DNA of 64,000 nucleotides from Myxococcota bacterium (GTDB taxonomy: Bacteria > Myxococcota_A > UBA796 > UBA2385). Shown piece by piece: positions 27,664 through 37,148 of the stretch. The DNA lies in assembly GCA_044344255.1 (NCBI GenBank), contig JBIJDH010000005.1:192001-256000 (forward strand). The letters run 5' to 3'. The position numbers were made by a program, and so were the translations under genes. The notes under the pieces are model-generated. The model was not told where the DNA came from. It saw only the letters and a program-made list of their open reading frames with translations, and did not search any database. Positions within the stretch are counted from its first letter, which is position 1. Every line of letters begins with the position of its first letter.

Positions 27664-30600
27664 TCAGGCGCCGTCACCGCCAGCGCCCGCCTCCGCCTCG
27701 TCGCCGCCGGCCTCGTCCGCCTCCTCTTCCTTGTCGATCTTGTTGGCCTTGTCGGCTCTCTCGATCCGCTCGGAGCGGGCGGGGCGGCTCCGCTGGAGGG
27801 CGGCGAGGCGCTCGTCGCGGGCCGCCTCGGCGCGCTTGCGGACGGTGGCGCGGCTCGGATCGAGGCGCATCACCGTGGCGTAGGCGGTGTAGGCGGCCTG
27901 GGCGTCACCCTCGGCGGCGGCCTGATCTCCCTCGGCCTCGTATGTGTCGGCGAGGGCGGCGGAGGGGCCCGCTATCTCGGGGTGGTGGTGATCCCAGGAG
28001 CGCGCCGTGATGAGGGCGTCGGTCTGCGTGCGGCGATCGGCGGTCGCCTCGGCGGCGGCGAGGTAACAGCCGGCGATCGCGCGCTTCACCCTGGGGAGGC
28101 CGGCCGTCTGCCAGTCTTCGTCTCGAGAGACATGGCGGGTGGCGTTCTTCCATTGGCCCCAGGCCGCCCCGCAGAGGGAGGGGTCTTGGGCGAGCTCGAG
28201 GGCGTTGGAGAGGTCGGCCTCAGCGGCGGCGTGGGCGGCCTCGCGGCTGACGATCTTCACGCGGAGCCCGGTGATGAGCTCTCCGGGCAGGTATCGGAAT
28301 TCGACGGGCGGGAGCTGGACCGCCGGGGGCGCGGCCTCGACCGCCGGGGGCGCGGCCTCGGGGAAGCTGTCGGTGGCGAGGGGCAGGGGCGCAGGCGGGG
28401 CCTCGGGCTCGGGGCCACGGCCGACGTGTTCGATGACCTCACCGGTGGCCTCGTCGAGGAGCACGATGCCCACGTCGTACTCACCCTCCGGCAAGGTGGT
28501 GGGGACGTTGAGGCGGTAGCGGCCGAGCACCTTCTCGTCGGGCTTCCACTCGTCGGGCTTGTACCAGTCGTAGCCGGGGGCGAGCGCGGCAGAGGCCTGG
28601 TGGCCCTGCCCGTCATCGAGGAAGGCGAGGATCCGGAAGCCGGCCTTGCGCGGGTTGGTCTTCCAGGCGGTGTCGAGGAAGAGCTGCCCGCCGGGCGCGA
28701 CCTCGGGGGCGGGCGCGGTGATCGAGAGCAGCCGGAGGCCCTGCTCGAAGCGCGCGGCCTCGGGGCCGAGGGGGGAGGTGTCGGGGAGGGCGAGGAGGTC
28801 CTTGCGGATGTGGTTGCCGACATGGAGCTGCCGGCCGCCGCTCGGGAAGCCGGGGATCTCGATGTAGCGCTCCTTCCAGACCTTGAGCTGCGGGATCTTG
28901 CTCGTCTTGGCCCAGCCGGAGTGGACGTGGGCGAACTCGGGGTTCCGCTCGCCGAAGACGTAGTCCTCCATGAACTCGCGGCTGAAGTCCTTCTGGTGTC
29001 GCGCCATGGTGACATCGACGAGGCCGGCCAGATCGACGATGTCCCAGCCCGAGAAGTACATGTGGGCGCCCATGTCGACGTCGAGCAGCGTGACGTGGTC
29101 GACGTCGAGGCGCTCTTGCACCCAGGTCATGTAGGTGACCCGGCGGTGGACATCGCGGACCGCGGTCTCGGGGGCTTGGGCGAATTCGCTGCTCCGCCAG
29201 GCCTCGACCCCCACCCAGGTGAGCGCGACCGGGGCGAAGGCGAGGAGGCGCCACAGCGGCCGGCGGTCGATGGTCGTGGCATCGGCCTCCGGGCGGGGCA
29301 GGAGGAAGAGGTCGATGAGCTCGCCGAGGCCGAGGGCCAGGAGCGGGAAGAGGCTCACCGAGACGTGGTTGAACCAGCGGTGAGCCTTCATCCAGTCGCC
29401 GCCTGAGTACAGGGCGAAGAACACGGCGAAGGAGGCGCTGGCCCACAAGAGGCAGCGGGCGAGCCAGCCCGGGCGGCCAAAGATCGAGAGGCCGAGCAGC
29501 ACCACCGCGCCGCCGATGCTCCAGACGCGGGCGTTGACCCAGAGCCGCTGCACGTCGCGGAACCAGGCTGGCGGGACGCCGATATACTCCCGACCGTCCC
29601 AGAAGAGCAGCACGCCGAGCACGAGGCAGAGGGGGACGAGCAGCCACTTCCGCCAGCGCGAGAGGCCGAGGGTGGCGATCCCGAGCAGGGGCAGGACGTA
29701 GACGACCCCGTGCGCCTTGAAGTAGTTGTTGATGTACTTCCAGCCGCCGCCTGTCCAGTTCCAGGGCTTGAAGACCCCGCCGCCATCGACCTTCTTGGCG
29801 TAGTACGTGTTCGGGAAGGGCCAGCCGAAGTACGAGTAGCGCCAGGCGTGGAAGAGGGCGGTGGGCAAGAGGAAGGTGAGGAACCAGGCGAGGATCGGCC
29901 GCCAGCGTCGCTGATGGACGTTGCCCAGCGTCACGCCCAAGGCCCCGATGGCGGCGTAGGCCGGGCCCTCCGGGCGGGTCATACAGAGCAGGGACAGCCA
30001 GAGCGCGGAGCGGGGCGGCCCCTTTACGGCGGGGGCCCCCGCGGAGGCGTCGTCGAGCTCCGCCACCACGCCGCGCATCCCGGCGGCGAGCAGCAGGCAG
30101 AACAGCGAGTTCTCGAGGCCGCTGGCGTTCCAGATGACGAACTGGGGGGAGGCGGCGAGCATCAGGGGCGGCAGCAGCGCGACGTCGACGGGCAGCCCCG
30201 GGCGGGCCCGTCGTGTGAGGTCGTAGACCAGGGGCAGCGTGAGCACGCCGAAGACCGCGCCCATGATCTTGGCGCTCGTCCAGGGGGAGACCCCGAGGGC
30301 GTAGAAGATCGCGCAGAGGAAGGTCCACAGCGCGTTCGAGAAGCCCTCGACCCGCTCCCCGCCTGGGTAGGTGGCGAAGCCCTCACCGTCTACGACGTTG
30401 CGCGCGTAGGCGAAGGAGATGCCCGCGTCCTCGATGAAGAAGGGCTGGGGCACACAGTAGACGAGGTAGTGGGCGATGTAGCCCAAGCCTACGAGCCCGA
30501 GGGCGGTGCTGTGCACCCGCCCACGGTCATCCAGAGATCGCCACCAGCGGGCGAGGCGACGAGGCACGTGATCCATCCGCCTGCTCCGCTCCTCCGTCAC
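27664..30600 (-). CDS. Large GT-C-like membrane glycosyltransferase with soluble C-terminal beta and TPR-like domains
   Basis: EDAGISFAYARN...GERVEGFSN, SGLE, TRPEG, PNTYYAK, GGDWM..HR, DLAGLVD. Confidence 0.7.
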   Translation of the reverse strand: MTEERSRRMDHVPRRLARWWRSLDDRGRVHSTALGLVGLGYIAHYLVYCVPQPFFIEDAGISFAYARNVVDGEGFATYPGGERVEGFSNALWTFLCAIFYALGVSPWTSAKIMGAVFGVLTLPLVYDLTRRARPGLPVDVALLPPLMLAASPQFVIWNASGLENSLFCLLLAAGMRGVVAELDDASAGAPAVKGPPRSALWLSLLCMTRPEGPAYAAIGALGVTLGNVHQRRWRPILAWFLTFLLPTALFHAWRYSYFGWPFPNTYYAKKVDGGGVFKPWNWTGGGWKYINNYFKAHGVVYVLPLLGIATLGLSRWRKWLLVPLCLVLGVLLFWDGREYIGVPPAWFRDVQRLWVNARVWSIGGAVVLLGLSIFGRPGWLARCLLWASASFAVFFALYSGGDWMKAHRWFNHVSVSLFPLLALGLGELIDLFLLPRPEADATTIDRRPLWRLLAFAPVALTWVGVEAWRSSEFAQAPETAVRDVHRRVTYMTWVQERLDVDHVTLLDVDMGAHMYFSGWDIVDLAGLVDVTMARHQKDFSREFMEDYVFGERNPEFAHVHSGWAKTSKIPQLKVWKERYIEIPGFPSGGRQLHVGNHIRKDLLALPDTSPLGPEAARFEQGLRLLSITAPAPEVAPGGQLFLDTAWKTNPRKAGFRILAFLDDGQGHQASAALAPGYDWYKPDEWKPDEKVLGRYRLNVPTTLPEGEYDVGIVLLDEATGEVIEHVGRGPEPEAPPAPLPLATDSFPEAAPPAVEAAPPAVQLPPVEFRYLPGELITGLRVKIVSREAAHAAAEADLSNALELAQDPSLCGAAWGQWKNATRHVSRDEDWQTAGLPRVKRAIAGCYLAAAEATADRRTQTDALITARSWDHHHPEIAGPSAALADTYEAEGDQAAAEGDAQAAYTAYATVMRLDPSRATVRKRAEAARDERLAALQRSRPARSERIERADKANKIDKEEEADEAGGDEAEAGAGGDGA

Positions 30601-31328
30601 ATGGTCTTCTTCACGGACTCTGCGGCGGCGGCTTGACCGGCGGCTTCTTTCTTCGCGGCCATCTGGCGCTTCATCTCTTCGAGCTGGGACTTGGCGCCAG
30701 CGTTGGCCGTCTTGGCGCGGATCTTCGCCAGCTTGGCGTCGAGGGACTCGCCCTTGATCTCGGAGGTCACGTCGGCCTCAGCGGCCTTCTTGTGGATGCT
30801 CTCGCGCACGTTCTCGAGGGCCTTGATGTCGGCGTCGGTGCTGAGGCCGTCGAGGGACTCCTGGATCTTGATCCGGGCCTCGGCGTTCGCCTTCTTGGCG
30901 AGCATCGACTCTTTCTCGCGCTTGAGCTTCTCGATCTCGCCCTGGAAGGTGAGCAGCCCCTTCTTGGACTCCTCCGCCTGGGTGCTGATCTTGTCGAGCT
31001 CGGCTTTCAAGTTGGTGATCTGGCCCTCGAGCTCCTCCTTCTTCTGGATGAGCACAAGCGCGGCCTCGTCTTCGCCCTCTTCGACGGCGATGGGCAGCGA
31101 GAGGCAGACCTCCTTGTAGTCTTTCTCCTTCGCCTCGAGCTCGGACTGGATCTTGTTGCGCAGGTACACGATGCCGCTGACGGCCTTCTTCAGCTCGCCG
31201 TGCTTCTTGATGCGCTCCTCGATCGCGCCTTCGTAGACGGCCTCGGGGTTCTTGGCCTCCACGCCGGAGATCCAAAGGCCGATGAAGCCCTTCCAAACCT
31301 GACCCAGCCGTTCGAACAAGCCCGCCAT
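30597..31328 (-). CDS. pspA: PspA/IM30 family protein
   Basis: MAGLFERL amphipathic N-terminus, NPEAVYE, long coiled coil, 243 aa. Confidence 0.85.
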   Translation of the reverse strand: MAGLFERLGQVWKGFIGLWISGVEAKNPEAVYEGAIEERIKKHGELKKAVSGIVYLRNKIQSELEAKEKDYKEVCLSLPIAVEEGEDEAALVLIQKKEELEGQITNLKAELDKISTQAEESKKGLLTFQGEIEKLKREKESMLAKKANAEARIKIQESLDGLSTDADIKALENVRESIHKKAAEADVTSEIKGESLDAKLAKIRAKTANAGAKSQLEEMKRQMAAKKEAAGQAAAAESVKKTM

Positions 31329-31531
31329 CTGCTACTCCTGCCGCCACGCGTCGCGCCGGGGTTCGGCAAAGCTACTGTGCGCCCGAAGCGGGCGCAACAC
31401 GCTACGCCGTGGCTATGCGGCTATTGCAGGCCTGTCACGCAGCCCTCTGCGGGCCGGACGGCAGGGGTGGACGGCGGGGTGGACGAGGCGACCCATGCGA
31501 CCGCCGAGGGCAGCGGTTACCCTCCGTCGTC

Positions 31532-32131
31532 ATGATCGAACGCCGCTCCTCTCCGCCTCCGAGCTGCGCTGCCCGTCCAGCGGCGCGCCGCTCCGCCTCG
31601 CCGCCCTGGCAAGGGTTGGTCCTCCTCGGCGCCCTCGGCATCGGCCTGCCGGAGGGGGCCTTCGCAGACACGGGCGCCCTCGACACGGGAGACACCGGGT
31701 CGGGAGAGGTGGAGCTCCCGGTCGCCCTCGCCGGCCTGCCCCTGCTCGCCTACCCCGACGACACCGTGCAGCTCGACGGCTCCGCCTCCTATGACCCCTC
31801 GGGTGCCCCCATCACCCGCTGGCTGTGGAGCCAGGTGGGGGGCCCCGAGGTCGAGCTGTCGGGCGTGGACACCCCCACGCCGCAGTTCAAGGTGAAGGAC
31901 CCGGGCACCGTCTCGGTCTCCCTCGTGGTGAGCACCGCGACCGGCAGCTCCGCCCCCGACGTCGTGGATGTGGTCGTGGTCGATCCCGAGGCCGGCACCC
32001 GCGTGGGGGAGGCGCCGGAGGGCAAGGGCTGCTCGAGTGTCCCCGGCCGCCCGTCCCGCGGGCCGCTCGTGCCCTTCGGCCTCGCGGTCCTCGCGGTCCT
32101 GGTGGGCCTCCGCTCCCGCCGACGCCGCTGA
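31532..32131 (+). CDS. PKD/Ig-like surface protein with MYXO-CTERM-like sorting tail
   Basis: VQLDGSASYDPSG...WSQVGGP. C-terminal KGCSS, TM segment, RSRRRR. Confidence 0.75.
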   Translation: MIERRSSPPPSCAARPAARRSASPPWQGLVLLGALGIGLPEGAFADTGALDTGDTGSGEVELPVALAGLPLLAYPDDTVQLDGSASYDPSGAPITRWLWSQVGGPEVELSGVDTPTPQFKVKDPGTVSVSLVVSTATGSSAPDVVDVVVVDPEAGTRVGEAPEGKGCSSVPGRPSRGPLVPFGLAVLAVLVGLRSRRRR

Positions 32132-32988
32132 TGGCGCAGAAGAAGAGCGCGGTCCTCTGCTCGAGCTGTCGCCAGCTCATCTCCGCCGCCGAGACCGCCT
32201 GCCCCTATTGTAAGGCCGCCCAGCCTACGCTTTGGGGGGCCGCGCCCACGCTGCAGGGCATCTTCCGCGACCTCGATCTCACGCGGATCCTGAGCGGCCT
32301 CTGCGTCGCGCTCTACCTCGTCTCGATGGTGCTCTCTCCCGAGACCCTGCAGAACCGCGGCGGCGGCCTCTTCAACCTGCTGAGCCCAGGACAGGGGCCG
32401 CTCCTGATGCTCGGCCTGACCGGCGGCGAGGCCTGGCGCTGCGGCCACGTCTGGACCGTGTTCACCGCCAATTACCTGCACGGCAGCGTGCTCCACATCC
32501 TGTTCAACCTGATGTGGCTGCGCAGCCTGGGCGGGATGGTCACCGAGCTCCTGGGCCCGGCGCGGCTCTTCGTGGTCTTCACCCTGTCGGGGGTGGGCGG
32601 CTTCCTGCTCTCCAATGTGCTGTGGGGGATGCCCACCCTCGGCGCCTCGGCGGGGGTCTTCGGGCTGCTCGGCGCGCTGCTGGTCTTCGGCAAGCGGCGG
32701 GGCGGCACCCTCGGCAAGAACCTGTCGGGTCAGATGGTCGGCTGGGCTGTGAGCACCCTCGCTTGGGGGCTGCTCTTCCCCGGCATCAACAACACCGCCC
32801 ACCTCGGGGGCCTCGCGGCGGGCGCGCTGGTGGCTCGCTTCCTGCCGTCCCACGAGGGGCGCTTCGAGGGGCGCGGGGTGCAGCTCCTGGCCCTCGCCCT
32901 GGCGGCGATCACCGTGGCGGCCTTCGCGGCCAACCTGCTCACCACCGCCGGTCCAGCGCTGCGGGGCGAGCCGATCTGCGGGGCTTGA
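32131..32988 (+). CDS. Rhomboid intramembrane serine protease with N-terminal zinc ribbon
   Basis: ATG overlaps the upstream TGA. CSSC...CPYC, HILFN, GASAG (Ser), AHLGG (His). Confidence 0.92.
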   Translation: MAQKKSAVLCSSCRQLISAAETACPYCKAAQPTLWGAAPTLQGIFRDLDLTRILSGLCVALYLVSMVLSPETLQNRGGGLFNLLSPGQGPLLMLGLTGGEAWRCGHVWTVFTANYLHGSVLHILFNLMWLRSLGGMVTELLGPARLFVVFTLSGVGGFLLSNVLWGMPTLGASAGVFGLLGALLVFGKRRGGTLGKNLSGQMVGWAVSTLAWGLLFPGINNTAHLGGLAAGALVARFLPSHEGRFEGRGVQLLALALAAITVAAFAANLLTTAGPALRGEPICGA

Positions 32989-33012
32989 GCCTGCTGCGGG
33001 GCCTGAGCCTGC
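32977..33012. repeat. 18-bp tandem duplication over the rhomboid stop codon
   Basis: TGCGGGGCTTGAGCCTGC / TGCGGGGCCTGAGCCTGC. Confidence 0.7.
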
Positions 33013-33024
33013 CGCCAGGCCTGG

Positions 33025-34632
33025 TCAGCGCTCGGCCACCACGCGCCACTGCCAGCGAGCGCGGAGGTCATCCCCGTCGCTGCGCAGCCAGGCCGTCTCG
33101 AGTGAGGCCTCCACCGCGAGCGTGTGCTCACCCACCGCGAGCGCGCCGGGCTGGAGCTCGAGCACCTCGCCCAGGGCGTCGGGCGACCCCTCGGAGATGG
33201 GCTCGCCGTCGAGGGTCCAGGCGAGGGTGACGCCCGCCATCCGGCCCTCGACCGTGAAGCGCAGGCCTCCGCCCTCCTCCTCGGTGACGGTGACGTCGTC
33301 GGCGGGATCGACGTAGCGGAGGATGCGCCGCGTCAGGGCCTCGCCACAGACTGGGCAGAAGTCGCCGGCGGGGTAGTCGCCCATGATGCAGGCCTGGGAG
33401 GGCTTGTAGAGGTCGTCGCAGTTGTAGGCGGGGGAGAAGGCCCCGACGGTGGTGGCGTAGGCCTCGGTGGCCGGGGTGGGGAGCGGCGTGTCGGACTCCA
33501 CCCAGGCCGCCCAGGGCGGCGCGTCGGGGCTGTCGGTGATGTTGGCGGGCAGGCCGAGGGCTGGGCTCTGCACGCAGACGTCGCCCGTGTACTCGTCGCC
33601 GAGCTGGCCGACGACGTGGCTGAGCTCGTGGACCCCGGTGGAGCGCCAGCCGGCCGGCCCGTTGGTGACCGTCGAGTAGTGCAGGCCGAAGCCGCCGTCG
33701 GCCTCGCTGTTGGCGATGACGAGGACGAAGTCCCAGGGCGCGTGTGACATCACGCGGGTCGCGGCCCACTGGTCGAGCTGGAAGATGGCGTTGGCGCGGT
33801 AGTCCGTCCCGAGCACTTGGTTGGCGAAGGCGAGGGGGAAGACGCTGCCGAGCGCGGTGTCGCGCATCCGGCACTCGCCCACGCAGTCGTAAGAGACGCC
33901 GCTCTCGGCGCTGGGCGCGTCGACGCGGTGGATGTTGATGCGGTCGGCGAAGTCTGCGTAGGGGGGCGTGCGGAGGATCTGGTCGGTGAGGTCGGCGGCG
34001 TCCCGCTCCCAGCGGCCCTGCTCGTCCGCGGTGTAGCCGTCGCCCACGATCGCGATGTCGAGGCGGCGCTCGGGCGGGCCGGAGTCGTGGAGGAGGGTCA
34101 CGCCGGTGACGGCCTCGGAGAGGCCGAGGTCGTCGGCCTCGCGGAGGGAGAGGTCGTATTGGCCCACCACTTCGTAGACCCCGGGGGCGGTGCGCAGCTC
34201 GAGGTCGACGGTCGCCGCGCCGTCCAGCAAGGGCACACGGAAGGCAAAACGCCCGAGGATGGGCAGGGAGCCGAGGAGATCGGCGCCCGCGAGCTCGCTG
34301 TACGAGGCCAGGAAGTCGCGCACGATGACCGGCCCCGAGGTGCTGCGCGCGTACAGCGCCTCCCCGGCCGCGTCGCGGACCGTGTAGCGGAAGCCGTGCC
34401 GCTCGTCGTCGGGGGCGTCGAGGTCAACCCAGCCGGCGTCCAAGAGGGTGGCGCCGACCGTGATCGGGCCGTCGGCGCTGAGCTGCGCGAGCAGCGTGAC
34501 GGCGGGGGCATAGGCGGGGAGCGGATCGTCCACGGTCGCGCGGAGCACGTGGGCCCCGGAGGTCTTGCCCGTGGCGCCACCCCCCGAGCCCGGGGCCGAG
34601 CAAGCGAAGAGCAGGGGCAGGAGGAGAGTCAA
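33025..34632 (-). CDS. Peptidase M64 (IgA peptidase-like) lipoprotein
   Basis: TTG after GGAGG, lipobox LLFAC, IVGDGYT, SAESGV, HELSHVVGQLGDEY, CIM...FCPVC. Confidence 0.88.
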   Translation of the reverse strand: MTLLLPLLFACSAPGSGGGATGKTSGAHVLRATVDDPLPAYAPAVTLLAQLSADGPITVGATLLDAGWVDLDAPDDERHGFRYTVRDAAGEALYARSTSGPVIVRDFLASYSELAGADLLGSLPILGRFAFRVPLLDGAATVDLELRTAPGVYEVVGQYDLSLREADDLGLSEAVTGVTLLHDSGPPERRLDIAIVGDGYTADEQGRWERDAADLTDQILRTPPYADFADRINIHRVDAPSAESGVSYDCVGECRMRDTALGSVFPLAFANQVLGTDYRANAIFQLDQWAATRVMSHAPWDFVLVIANSEADGGFGLHYSTVTNGPAGWRSTGVHELSHVVGQLGDEYTGDVCVQSPALGLPANITDSPDAPPWAAWVESDTPLPTPATEAYATTVGAFSPAYNCDDLYKPSQACIMGDYPAGDFCPVCGEALTRRILRYVDPADDVTVTEEEGGGLRFTVEGRMAGVTLAWTLDGEPISEGSPDALGEVLELQPGALAVGEHTLAVEASLETAWLRSDGDDLRARWQWRVVAER

Positions 34633-34652
34633 GGTCGCACCTCCCTCGGGCC

Positions 34653-35801
34653 CTATCCGGTGGCGCGGCCCGCCGCCCCGGCCTCGGGGTCGATGAGGGC
34701 GGCGTGGAGGCACCGCTGGGCCTCACCGAGCCGGGGGAGCGGGACGAGGGCGGTCCAGGTCTCGCCGAAGGCCCACCAGCGCCGCACGGGGATGTCGCCG
34801 AGGGCCGCCCGGGCCTGGAGGGCCGCCGCGGGGGACTCCACCAGCCGCCGCCCGATCACGGAGACGGTGGCCACCGCGCCGAGGGTGCGGGCCCCGGCGG
34901 TGAGCGCGGCGCGGTCATGCAGGTTCCTGCGGTCGATCAGGACATGGAGACCGTCGGGCTCGGTCCACCACCCGCGCGCGGCGCCCTCGAGGCCCGGCGC
35001 GGGCTCCCCGTCGAGGAGCAGCTCCTCGAGCTGATCGTCGAAGGCGACGCCGACCGGGCGCTCGGGGGCCGGCCCCGGCGGGAGGCGGCTGCCGGAGCCG
35101 GGGGCCTTCTCGGTGGCGGCGGCGTCGAGGCGCACCCCGAGGCTGCGGGCGAGCTCGACGGCCTCGGCGAGCAGCACCTTGGAGCCCGCCCGCCCGAGGG
35201 CCACGGCGGCGTCGAGGGGGAGCTCGGAGAGGCGCTGGGCGTCGGGGACGACGCGGGGGTCAGCCGAGTAGACCCCGTCCACGTCGGAGCAGATCTCACA
35301 CCAGGCCGCCCCGAGGGCCGCGGCGAGCACCACGGCGGTGGTGTCCGAGCCCCCGCGGCCGAGGGTGGTGACCTCGCCTGCGCGGCTGACGCCCTGAAAG
35401 CCAGCCACGATGGCTACCTTTCCGGAGTCGAGGGCGGCGCGGACGCGGTGGGGCCGGAGCTCGATCACCCGCGCCGAGACGTGGTGCTCGTCGGTGATGA
35501 TGCCCGACTGAGAGCCCGTGAAGGAGGCCGCCGGCAGGCCGAGGTCCTCGACGGCCATCGCGAGCAGGGTCATGCTCACCCGCTCGCCCACGCTCACGAG
35601 CAGGTCGAGCTCCCGGCGGCCTGGGCGCGCGCTGACCGCGCGGGCGAGGCCGAGGAGCTCGTTGGTCGTGTTGCCCATCGCTGAGACGACCACCACGACC
35701 TGGTGGCCCTGGGCCACGGTCTCGGCGACCCGCTGGGCCACGGCCCGGATGCGGGACACGTCAGCGACCGAGGAGCCACCGTACTTCTGGACGACGATCA
35801 C
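34653..35801 (-). CDS. lysC: Aspartate kinase
   Basis: [45 protein letters not shown] overlap with rlmL. Confidence 0.93.
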   Translation of the reverse strand: MIVVQKYGGSSVADVSRIRAVAQRVAETVAQGHQVVVVVSAMGNTTNELLGLARAVSARPGRRELDLLVSVGERVSMTLLAMAVEDLGLPAASFTGSQSGIITDEHHVSARVIELRPHRVRAALDSGKVAIVAGFQGVSRAGEVTTLGRGGSDTTAVVLAAALGAAWCEICSDVDGVYSADPRVVPDAQRLSELPLDAAVALGRAGSKVLLAEAVELARSLGVRLDAAATEKAPGSGSRLPPGPAPERPVGVAFDDQLEELLLDGEPAPGLEGAARGWWTEPDGLHVLIDRRNLHDRAALTAGARTLGAVATVSVIGRRLVESPAAALQARAALGDIPVRRWWAFGETWTALVPLPRLGEAQRCLHAALIDPEAGAAGRATG

Positions 35802-37018
35802 ACCGGCCTCCGCCAGCCGGGCGCGAGGCCGGAGGGGGGCAGCGGGGAGATGGCGAGCTCGATCAGCCGGCACTCGATCGGCCCGTTGAAGACCACGTGG
35901 CGCTTTCGCGGCTTGAGGCCGAGGGCGCCCGCCTGCTCGGGGCTCCCGCAGAGCACGCCCGCGGTCCAGCCGAGGAAGTGCTGGCGCAGCGTGTCTCCGA
36001 GCTCCCGGGACACGGCGAGGGCACCCTCGAGGTCGCCGAGGCGCGCCCCGTAGGGCGGGTTCGTCACCACGAGGCCGGGGAGGCCGGCGGCGGCGCCGCT
36101 CGGCGGGCGGCTCCCGGCGACGCTGCGCTGCTGAAAGCCGACGTGCTCGTCGAGGCCGAGGGTGACGGCGTTCTTGCGGGCCACGCCCACCATCGTGAGG
36201 TCGGCGTCGGTGCCGCGCATGAGCGGGCCGCGGCGGAGGGCTCGCCCCTGGGCCTCCCCTTGGAGCTCCCGCCAGCGGCGGTCCTCGTGGCCCATCCAGC
36301 CGGAGAAGCCCCAGCGCACACGGGAGAGGCCAGGGGCGCGCTGGAGCGCCATCCCGGCCGCCTCGAGCACGAGGGTGCCCGAGCCGCAGAGGGGGTCTTG
36401 AAAGGGGGCGCCCGTGGCGGCGAGGGTGGGCCAGTCCACCATCCACAGCAGGGCCGCGGCGAGGGTCTCCTTCAGCGAGGCGGTGCCGGTGTTGCGGCCG
36501 CTGCGGTAGTGGAGGGCCTCGCCGGAGAGGTCGATGCTGACGGTGGCCTGCTCCTCCATCATCGGCCCAGGCTGGCCGAGGTGCACGTGGACGCGCACGT
36601 CGGGGTCGGTGAGATCGACGCTCGGGCGGGCGCCGCGGCGATCGCGGAGGCGGTCGCAGATGGCGTCCTTGACCTGCTGGGCGCCGAAGACGCTGTGGCG
36701 GATCTGCTCGGAGCCGCCGACGAAGTCTACGGCGATCGTGCGCCGAGGGTCGATGTGCTCCTCCCAGGGGAGCTCCCGCACGCCGTCGTAGAGGGCGCGG
36801 GCGTCTGTCGCGGGGAAGCGGCCGAGCGTGAGGAGCACCCGGCTGGCGACGCGAGAGTGCAGGCAGGCGCGATATCCGACCTCGAGCCCCCCCTCGAGGC
36901 TGACGAAGCCCCGGCCGAGCGTGGGGTTGGGGAGGCCCAGGGAGAGGAGCTCGCGGCCGAGCACCTCCTCGGTGCCGCGGCTCGTGGTGAGGACGAAGCG
37001 CATCAGGCCCACATCCAT
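35798..37018 (-). CDS. rlmL: THUMP-domain 23S rRNA m2G2445 methyltransferase (RlmL-like)
   Basis: [48 protein letters not shown]. Confidence 0.9.
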   Translation of the reverse strand: MDVGLMRFVLTTSRGTEEVLGRELLSLGLPNPTLGRGFVSLEGGLEVGYRACLHSRVASRVLLTLGRFPATDARALYDGVRELPWEEHIDPRRTIAVDFVGGSEQIRHSVFGAQQVKDAICDRLRDRRGARPSVDLTDPDVRVHVHLGQPGPMMEEQATVSIDLSGEALHYRSGRNTGTASLKETLAAALLWMVDWPTLAATGAPFQDPLCGSGTLVLEAAGMALQRAPGLSRVRWGFSGWMGHEDRRWRELQGEAQGRALRRGPLMRGTDADLTMVGVARKNAVTLGLDEHVGFQQRSVAGSRPPSGAAAGLPGLVVTNPPYGARLGDLEGALAVSRELGDTLRQHFLGWTAGVLCGSPEQAGALGLKPRKRHVVFNGPIECRLIELAISPLPPSGLAPGWRRPV

Positions 37019-37148
37019 TGAGCTGCTGCGGTGTAGAGCGCGAGCACGGGGCACCTCCGGGGCGGGGGCCCTATCCCGGCCCTGACCCGGGCGGCTCCAT
37101 GCGCCCTCCGCGCCGACCGGGTATCCACAGGCTCCACCCCGGGCTGCC

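Noticed and set aside
28319..28361. Short in-frame coding duplications (EAAPPAV x2; also LAGIG x2 near 39952 and PKVE x3 near 58490)
   Set aside because: Common slippage repeats in linker or TM segments, with no evident function.
31329..31531. Sigma54 -24/-12 promoter for pspA or the divergent gene
   Set aside because: Candidate GG...TTGC pairs are spaced 11, 13 or 14 nt rather than the required 10.
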